A stretch of DNA of 64,000 nucleotides from an uncultured delta proteobacterium (GTDB taxonomy: Bacteria > Desulfobacterota > Syntrophorhabdia > Syntrophorhabdales > WCHB1-27), in contig CAVYJH010000008.1 in assembly GCA_963768735.1 (NCBI GenBank), positions 26,314 through 90,313 of the forward strand, written 5' to 3'. Within the stretch, counting starts at the first letter, position 1. Each line of letters opens with the position of its first letter. The notes beneath the pieces were generated by a model. That model was not told the DNA's origin and ran no database searches. It saw nothing but the letters and a program-made list of their open reading frames with translations. Shown one piece after another: positions 57,439-64,000 of the stretch. The position numbers and the translations under genes are program-made.

Positions 57439-57611
57439 CCCTATTTATAACATAATCAGGCGCAAAACGTAAACCCCCGCCTTGCCTCACACATTGAAGC
57501 TTGCGATGGGGGAGTGTTTATGCTACCGTGTGAGAGCCACAGCACGAGCCTTCACCCCTGGGGCGAAAGGACCTCGCCGCATAACCGGAGGCGAAGGACG
57601 AAAGGCTGAAG

Positions 57612-59177
57612 ATGCGAAAAACCCCGATCGATATCAACGCCGACTTCGCCCATGCCCTCGACCTCATGGAGCACTCGAACCGTCACGTATTCATCACCGG
57701 GAAGGCAGGCACGGGGAAGTCGACACTCCTCGACCTCTTTCGAACTACCACCCGCAAAGAGGTCGCGATACTCGCGCCCACCGGCGTGGCCGCGCTGAAC
57801 GTGCAGGGCCAGACCATCCATTCCTTTTTCAATTTCAAACCGAGCGTCACCCCGGACAAAATCAGGAAGGTATCGGATGGCGATATCTACAGGGAGTTCG
57901 ACACGATCATCATCGATGAAGTCTCCATGGTGCGCGCCGACCTCCTCGATTGCGTCGAGAAATTTCTGCGCCTGAACGGACCTCACCGCAACCGGTGGTT
58001 CGGGGGCGTCCAGATGGTCTTTATCGGCGACCTCTACCAGCTCCCGCCGGTGGTTACTACATCGGAGAAGGAGATCTTTACGCATCGGTATGAAACACCC
58101 TACTTCTTCTCCGCCCAGGTCTTTAAGGAACCGACGTATGACATGGATCTGATCGAGCTGGAGAAGGTCTATCGCCAGACAGAGCCTGAATTTATCGCCC
58201 TCCTCAATGCCATCCGCAACAGGTCCTGCACAGACGCCGACATCGAGAAGCTGAACGAACGACACCGCCCTGGGTTTATCCCCCCTGACGACGCCTTCTG
58301 CGTCACTCTGACGAGCACCAACGCGCTTGCGGCGGCCCGCAACGCACAGATGCTCGATTCCCTCTCCGGACCGGTCCGGCAGTATGCATGCACTATCACC
58401 GGGGTATTCGACAGGTCCTCCCTGCCAGCAGAGGAAACCCTGAGCTTCAAGCCGGGGGCCCAGGTGATGCTCGTCAACAACGACAAAGCCGGCCGGTGGG
58501 TGAACGGGACGATAGGCCTGGTCTCAGCCATCAAAAACCCACGGGGTGAGGACGACCCGGTGCCGGTTACACTCACCGACGGCGCGCTTGTCGACGTGTC
58601 GCCCTGCACGTGGGAGATCTTCGAATATCAGTACGACAAGACCACGAAACGCATCTCCGCCAGAAAGACGGGGACCTTCACCCAGTATCCCATCCGTCTT
58701 GCCTGGGCGGTCACTATACACAAGAGCCAGGGCAAGACATTCGACAGAGTCATCATCGACATAGGCCGCGGCGCCTTTGCCCATGGCCAGGTCTATGTGG
58801 CGCTCAGCCGCTGCACCAGGCTGGCCGGCATCACCCTCATCCAAAAGATCACGAAGGCCCATATCCGCGCGGACTGGCGGGTAGCCGACTTCCTCACGAT
58901 GTTCCAGTACAGAAAGGCCGATGAGAGGATGGGCATTGACGAGAAGCGCGGGGTCATTGAAGATGCCATAAGGCGCGGACTCAACCTCCAAATCCTTTAC
59001 CTCAGGCCTGACGACACGAAGTCCCGCCGCACCGTGCGTCCGATCTCCCTAGAGGAGATGGAATACAGGGGGAAGTCCTTCGAAGGACTCAGGGCTTACT
59101 GCTGTCTCCGAAAAGGCGAGCGCACCTTCAGGATCGACCGGATGCTGGAGATAGCGTACGACGTCGGAGGCGCATGA
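57612..59177 (+). CDS. Pif1/RecD-family helicase with extra C-terminal (WYL-like) domain
   Basis: Walker A FITGKAGTGKSTLL, IIIDEVSMV, and AWAVTIHKSQGKTFDRVII. C-terminus: LQILYLRPDDTKSRRTVRPISLE ... ERTFRIDRM. Confidence 0.8.
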   Translation: MRKTPIDINADFAHALDLMEHSNRHVFITGKAGTGKSTLLDLFRTTTRKEVAILAPTGVAALNVQGQTIHSFFNFKPSVTPDKIRKVSDGDIYREFDTIIIDEVSMVRADLLDCVEKFLRLNGPHRNRWFGGVQMVFIGDLYQLPPVVTTSEKEIFTHRYETPYFFSAQVFKEPTYDMDLIELEKVYRQTEPEFIALLNAIRNRSCTDADIEKLNERHRPGFIPPDDAFCVTLTSTNALAAARNAQMLDSLSGPVRQYACTITGVFDRSSLPAEETLSFKPGAQVMLVNNDKAGRWVNGTIGLVSAIKNPRGEDDPVPVTLTDGALVDVSPCTWEIFEYQYDKTTKRISARKTGTFTQYPIRLAWAVTIHKSQGKTFDRVIIDIGRGAFAHGQVYVALSRCTRLAGITLIQKITKAHIRADWRVADFLTMFQYRKADERMGIDEKRGVIEDAIRRGLNLQILYLRPDDTKSRRTVRPISLEEMEYRGKSFEGLRAYCCLRKGERTFRIDRMLEIAYDVGGA

Positions 59178-59180
59178 GAC

Positions 59181-59396
59181 TCACGCGCTCTTGCCGAGCC
59201 GTTGAATCAAGTCGCGGAGCACCTTTTCCCGCTTTTTCAGGGCCTCCCTGAAATCCCGCCTTTCCGTGCGATGGATTTCGACCTCAAGATGAGCGGTGTA
59301 GTTATCAATTACGCTGCGGAGCACGTTCGCCTCTTCGTCATTCATTTCCAATTGAGTCACGGCGCCCCTCCTCTCTCTGGCTTTATCCTTATACAT
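59181..59396 (-). CDS. hypothetical small protein
   Basis: 71-aa charged helical ORF with an uncertain start (alternative ATG at 59345). No recognised domain. Confidence 0.35.
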   Translation of the reverse strand: MYKDKARERRGAVTQLEMNDEEANVLRSVIDNYTAHLEVEIHRTERRDFREALKKREKVLRDLIQRLGKSA

Positions 59397-59457
59397 AAAT
59401 TATAACCGCCAAATGAGGTTTTGCAAGGCCACTTCCGGCCTGTCCCCCCACGCCTCC

Positions 59458-60045
59458 TTATCGCAGCGCTTGCAAGCCCCGAAGGCCGGTCCGGATGAAC
59501 ATGATGGCGATACTCGCGAGGAGCAGGACAAAAACCTTCGATATCGCCTCGACCCACCTGCGGCTGACAAACCGGAGGATAGTAAGTGCATATTTAAAGA
59601 TCATTCCCGCGATAAGCAGGTTGAGCAACAGGGAGATGAGGACATAGAAGAAGCCGAAAGAATTGAATATGATGAGGGACGTCGTGAGCACCGCAGGGCC
59701 CGCCAAAAGAGGTACGCCGAGCGGCACGACTGCAAAAAGGTCTTCCTGCCCGGCCAGGTCGTCCCTGCCGCCGCCTACCAGGTCCCTGGTTGAGATAATA
59801 AAGAGAATAACGCCTCCCGCAATCAGGAAATCGTGAATCGATATATTCAGATAGAGGAGTACCTTGTTGCCGAAGATAACAAAGACAAGCGTGACAAGAA
59901 AAGCGGTGATTATGGAATCGCGAAGTACCTTGTGTCGTTTTGTCTTATCGAGGTTTATGGAAAAACGGGCATAGAGAGGAAGAACACCCAGGGCGTCGAG
60001 GGCAAAAAACAGCGGAATAAACGACTTCAGGAAACCTTCCCACAT
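59458..60045 (-). CDS. MarC-family (UPF0056) membrane protein
   Basis: FIPLFFALDALGVLPLY N-terminus, 195 aa, about 6 TM helices. Confidence 0.8.
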   Translation of the reverse strand: MWEGFLKSFIPLFFALDALGVLPLYARFSINLDKTKRHKVLRDSIITAFLVTLVFVIFGNKVLLYLNISIHDFLIAGGVILFIISTRDLVGGGRDDLAGQEDLFAVVPLGVPLLAGPAVLTTSLIIFNSFGFFYVLISLLLNLLIAGMIFKYALTILRFVSRRWVEAISKVFVLLLASIAIMFIRTGLRGLQALR

Positions 60046-60081
60046 GAGGTGTGACTCCCTGGCCCCAAAAACGCATGCCGG

Positions 60082-60285
60082 CTATAGCGCCGATGCTCCC
60101 TTTTCCCTGATCACCACCTTATTCTCCGACAGGGATACCGACTCGATCTCCGCTTCAAGCACCTTCTGCTCGCCGAAGATCGTCTCGAACCTCAGTCCGT
60201 CGGCCTCCTCCTCTATCAGGTACACGTCCCTGAGAAGCAGGATCTCTTCGCCCTTTTCCTTCTTGAATACCTTTACTTCACACAT
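60082..60285 (-). CDS. CooT-family small protein
   Basis: MCEVKVFKKEKGEEILLLRDVYLIEEEADGLRFETIFGEQKVLEAEIESVSL matches the CooT pattern (N-terminal MCE). Confidence 0.75.
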   Translation of the reverse strand: MCEVKVFKKEKGEEILLLRDVYLIEEEADGLRFETIFGEQKVLEAEIESVSLSENKVVIREKGASAL

Positions 60286-60698
60286 TTGCCCGCCTCCTTC
60301 TCTATCATATCGACCAGAAGGCCGACCATTTGAGGGATCGAATACTCACCCTTGCCGACCACAACCACATTTTCCTGGGTGACCGGCAGCACGTATTTCG
60401 TCGCGGCCGACTCGGTAATTGCTTGCGCCATCCTCGGGGTCAACTCCCCCAGCATGGAATTGGCCATGAGGACGTTCATGGTGCCGATGATGATATCCGC
60501 CTTCCTGACGGTCACGGCAATGGCATTCTCTCCCGAAGCCCCCCTGTTGGCCCTTGCCTTCATCATGCTCTGGGTGGCCGCGGAGTTCGTCCCCAAGGCG
60601 ATCACCTCTACATCCTCCTTCAACCGCTCCTTAAGCTTTGCGATAATGATACTTCCGATCTTCCCGCCCTGGCCGTCCACCACGCATATTATCATCAT
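60273..60698 (-). CDS. DUF3842 family protein
   Basis: MMIICVVDGQGGKIGSIIIAKL ... IALGTNSAATQSMMKA ... GASGENAI. Confidence 0.7.
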   Translation of the reverse strand: MMIICVVDGQGGKIGSIIIAKLKERLKEDVEVIALGTNSAATQSMMKARANRGASGENAIAVTVRKADIIIGTMNVLMANSMLGELTPRMAQAITESAATKYVLPVTQENVVVVGKGEYSIPQMVGLLVDMIEKEAGKCVK

Positions 60699-60774
60699 AA
60701 TAGTATATAGTTTCCCAGCCGTCTTGCAAACTTCTATCTTGCCACGGCTTGCCGCGCGTGAAGATCTTTATCGC

Positions 60775-61513
60775 TCACGGGACGGATGACCCGCCTTCAT
60801 TTATGCGCGCGCTTTCACCGGCAAGAGGACACGACGGACAGTCGGGCTTCTTTTTGCAATGCCGCTGGCAAAGACACACAAGAAGCGCGTGAAATTCATT
60901 GAACATATACGTATCCCGGGGAAGATTGTCAGTAAAGAACTTCTGGACGTCATGATAATCTTCGCCGCCGTCATAAAGACCGTGATTCTTCAGGAACCGC
61001 TTCGTATAGGCGTCTACCACGAAGACCGGACGATTGAGCGCATAGAGCAGTATGCTGTCCGCCGTCTCGGGGCCCACTCCCTTTACCGACAGCAACTGAT
61101 CCCGAAGCTGCCCTGTCGGCGCCGAGCTGCATACGCTCGATAGATGCGCCGTACCGGTCGTTGATGTCCGTGATGAGCGCCTTCAGTCGCTTTGATTTCA
61201 CTTGATAAAATCCCGCGGGCCGGATGACCTCGGCAAGCCGATCCTCCCGTATCAGGCAGAGGGCGTCCATCTCCAGAAGACCCTCCCCTTTCATGTTATC
61301 GATCGCCTTTTCCACGTTCCGCCATGACGTATTTTGCGTCAGGACGGCCCCCACCATGATCTCCAGAGGTGAGTCACCGGGCCACCAGTGACGCTGCCCG
61401 AATGCACAAAGGAGCTTCTCAAATATCTCTCGCAGTCGCTTTCTCATCTCTCGCGTTAGTCGGGTAACCGGTCCGGCCGTTGCATCCGTTAAGCTACCAT
61501 AAGGCATGCGCAT
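60775..61513 (-). CDS. HhH-GPD (endonuclease III-related) protein, frameshifted near 61110..61130
   Basis: N-terminal part WWPGDSPLEIMVGAVLTQNTSWRNVEKAI ... (ORF 60971..61513). The remainder is in another frame: LLSVKGVGPETADSILLYAL ... VVDAYTKR ... CPSCPL (ORF 60775..61095). Confidence 0.7.
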
Positions 61514-61640
61514 TGTGAAGTCTTCCTAACAATAAGTCCTATAAGTCACATAGTACCTATTGTTAACCTATTATTAGGCTTGCGCCGGGAGTCCGAATAT
61601 GAGAATCTAAATGGTCGGAATTGCTTAGTCGGGAGGTCCA

Positions 61641-64000
61641 GTGAACGTCATCTCTGTCAAGTCCATCAGGACCCATCTGCTGCTGCTTGTTTTGGTATCC
61701 GTTTTACCTGCTCTCGGTCTTATCCTCTGCTCCGGAATGGGACTTCGAAACCTGGCCTTCCTCTGCTCGGCCATGGCCCTCGCCATGGTGTCGGCGTGGT
61801 TTCTCGGGGGAAGCCTCATTGTAAAAAGGCTGAATGCGCTCACAGATGTCTCCCGGCGGTTGGGGCGGGGCGACCTCACGGCGCGCACCGGTTTGGCCCA
61901 CTGGAACGATGAGCTGGGAGAGGTGACAAGGGCCTTTGACACAATGGCGACAAGGCTGGAACAAAGGGAGTCTCGTGCGGCCCTTGCAGAGGAGGCGCTC
62001 CGGCAGAGCGAGGAAAAGTACCGGAACATCTTCGAAAACGCCGTTGAGGGGATATTCCAAAGCACGCCCGAAGGGTACTTCCTGAGCGCGAACCCCGCCC
62101 TTGCCCGGATCACAGGTTATGAATCCCCTCAAGAATTGCTGGCGACGGTTACCGACATCGGGAACCGCCTGTACGTCAACCCGGAAGACCGCAAGAGGTT
62201 CAGGGAACTCATCGAAACAAATGGCTTTGTGGAGCGGTATGAAACACAGTTTTACCGAAAAGACGGAACCACGTTCTGGTTTTCCTCCAACGCCCGTGTT
62301 GTCGGTGACCCGGAGGGGAACGTCCTTTATTATGAGGGCATAGGCCGTGACGTCACCAAGCGTAAACAGGCGGAAGAGGCGCTGGCTGCGGCCCACCGGC
62401 AGGTACTCGACATCATCGAGTTCCTTCCCGACGCCACCTTGGTCATCGACAACCAGCGAAAAGTGATCGCATGGAATAAGGCCATGGAAAAGATGACGGG
62501 CGTCGGAAAGGAAGAGATGCTCGGAAAGGGCGACTACGCCTATGCCGTTCCCCTTTGCGGAGAGCGCCGGCCGCTTGTTATCGACCTGATATTCCGGGAC
62601 GACGAAGACGTCACGAAATACCTCAGCTCAGTCCGCAGAGAGGGAGACTCATTCTTCGCCGAAGTCTGCATGCCCCCGGACTCGCCGAAAGCGGGATCAT
62701 ACTGGTCGGTAAAGGCATCCCCACTCTTTGACGTCGACGGGAATATCATCGGCGCCATCGAATCGATAAGGGACCTCACGGAGCTCAAGCGCGCTGAAAA
62801 AGAGCTGCGGGAATCGGAAGAGCGCTACAGGACCGCGATAGAAAGCTCCAACGACGGCATCGCCATCATAAAGGACCAGAAACACCTCTACGTAAACAGG
62901 AAATTCCTCCAGATGTTCGGCTTCACAAACCCCAAAGAGGTGCTCGGTCAACCGGTGGGCATTACGGTGCATAAGGATGACCGCGAGCGGGTCGTCGAGA
63001 TCAACAGCAAACGCAGGCAGCGGATCGAGGAGGCGCCCGACTCGTATCAGTTCAAGGGCGCAACGGCGAACGGCGATGTGATGTTCATCGAGGTATCCGC
63101 GACGGAGACCACCTACCGCGGTGAATCGGTGACCCTTGCCTATCTCAGGGATATCACGGGACGAAAAACGCTCGAATCCCAACTCCTCCAGGCCCAAAAG
63201 ATGGAGGCCATCGGCGCGCTGGCGGCAGGAGTTGCCCACGACTTCAACAACATCCTGACAACGCTCATGGGTTACGGTCACCTCCTGCAAATAAAGATGC
63301 ATCCGGAGGACCCCCTCCGGGTCTATGTGGAGCAAATGCTCGCCTCCACAGGGAAGGCAGCCAGTCTCACTCAAGGTCTTCTTGCCTTCGGCAGAAAGCA
63401 GGGGATGGAGGTTAAGCCCTACTCGGTTGCCGCCCTCGTGAAAGATGCTTCGACGCTCTTTCGGCGCCTCCTGCCTGAAGATATCGAGCTTACGATTAGC
63501 CTCGGCGAGGATGTCACCGTGTTGGCGGATATGACGCAGATCGGCCAGGTGCTCATGAACCTGGCGACAAACGCGCGGGATGCCATGCCAAAAGGGGGAG
63601 TCCTTAAGATAGAGACAACGCGCACGCAGATCGATAAACTTTTCATGAGATTCCATGGATACGGCGAGCCCGGGGAGTATGCGCTCATCTCCGTGATGGA
63701 TACCGGCACAGGCATGAACGGCAAGACAAGAGAAAAGATCTTCGATCCCTTCTTCACGACGAAGGAAGTGGGGAAAGGGACGGGCCTCGGCCTTTCCATT
63801 GTGTACGGCATCGTGAAGCAGCACGGCGGGTATATTACCGTTTACAGCGAGGACGGCATAGGTACAACCTTCAGCATATACCTGCCGGCAGTAAAAGCCC
63901 GGACCATGGATGCGAAACCGGTTCCCACCGACGTGCCCGGCGGCGCCGAGACCATTCTTTTCGCGGAGGACAATGGCGACATTCGTAAGATGGCCTGTGA
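61641..64000 (+). CDS. hybrid sensor histidine kinase (TM-HAMP-PAS x3-HisKA-HATPase-start of REC), 3' end outside window
   Basis: GTG 61641 with RBS GGGAGG. HAMP: [11 protein letters not shown]...[16 protein letters not shown] blocks: [15 protein letters not shown]-box: [13 protein letters not shown]-boxes: [15 protein letters not shown]. The ORF is open to the window end. It is absent from the ORF track, apparently because it has no stop; an in-frame check at 63180 agrees. Confidence 0.85.
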   Translation, partial: MNVISVKSIRTHLLLLVLVSVLPALGLILCSGMGLRNLAFLCSAMALAMVSAWFLGGSLIVKRLNALTDVSRRLGRGDLTARTGLAHWNDELGEVTRAFDTMATRLEQRESRAALAEEALRQSEEKYRNIFENAVEGIFQSTPEGYFLSANPALARITGYESPQELLATVTDIGNRLYVNPEDRKRFRELIETNGFVERYETQFYRKDGTTFWFSSNARVVGDPEGNVLYYEGIGRDVTKRKQAEEALAAAHRQVLDIIEFLPDATLVIDNQRKVIAWNKAMEKMTGVGKEEMLGKGDYAYAVPLCGERRPLVIDLIFRDDEDVTKYLSSVRREGDSFFAEVCMPPDSPKAGSYWSVKASPLFDVDGNIIGAIESIRDLTELKRAEKELRESEERYRTAIESSNDGIAIIKDQKHLYVNRKFLQMFGFTNPKEVLGQPVGITVHKDDRERVVEINSKRRQRIEEAPDSYQFKGATANGDVMFIEVSATETTYRGESVTLAYLRDITGRKTLESQLLQAQKMEAIGALAAGVAHDFNNILTTLMGYGHLLQIKMHPEDPLRVYVEQMLASTGKAASLTQGLLAFGRKQGMEVKPYSVAALVKDASTLFRRLLPEDIELTISLGEDVTVLADMTQIGQVLMNLATNARDAMPKGGVLKIETTRTQIDKLFMRFHGYGEPGEYALISVMDTGTGMNGKTREKIFDPFFTTKEVGKGTGLGLSIVYGIVKQHGGYITVYSEDGIGTTFSIYLPAVKARTMDAKPVPTDVPGGAETILFAEDNGDIRKMAC

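Noticed and set aside
62697-63824. 375-aa - strand ORF (and 61704..62396)
   Set aside because: It is antisense to the histidine kinase, whose + frame shows HAMP, PAS, H-box and G-box motifs. This is a typical GC-rich shadow ORF.

Overview
This 64-kb window comes from a diderm, probably anaerobic bacterium. That is an inference from the sigma-54 activator and promoters, the multihaem cytochrome/FeS/NrfD module, the BcrA/D-type ATPases, the lipoproteins and a trimeric autotransporter. All calls rest on reading the sequence and ORF translations; no database search was run.

Layout:
1. 1-9.19 kb: right-hand part of an integrated island. It holds an excisionase-type HTH, a GNAT, VapBC, an orphan HD-domain protein, a 3.47-kb recombinase-in-trio (RIT) element with 30-bp terminal inverted repeats, and a NERD protein. 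It ends at a 47-nt 3' fragment of tRNA-Arg(ACG).
2. 9.3-20.6 kb: core genes. These are ispG, an inositol-phosphate synthase plus CDP-alcohol phosphatidyltransferase pair, two-subunit class I fumarase, malic enzyme, ligA, an MTA deaminase plus phosphorylase pair, Mut7-C and nth.
3. 20.8-28.3 kb: a visibly AT-shifted defence/addiction island. It holds an uncharacterised 2-3 gene cassette, a type II R-M pair, DUF2442, RelE/AbrB, VapBC and HicBA. The cassette is my best candidate for an undescribed system.
4. 29.1-36.1 kb: a ~2060-aa, extremely repetitive trimeric autotransporter adhesin, split by one extra base, with an upstream lipoprotein.
5. 36-64 kb: mostly core genes. These include PAC2, a tetrahaem cytochrome/FeS/NrfD module, SOD, DUF1015, polyprenyl synthase, BcrA/D-like ATPases, a sigma-54 activator, iorA, IclR, an S2P protease, holA, tRNA-Pro, YjbQ, a Memo-like protein, a Pif1-type helicase, MarC, CooT/DUF3842, and a HAMP-PAS hybrid histidine kinase that runs off the window end.

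Cross-cutting observations:
- A ~65-90-bp repeat family occurs at four loci, once in frame inside nth.
- Four otherwise intact genes carry single-base frameshifts.
- Two intergenic sites match the sigma-54 promoter core exactly.
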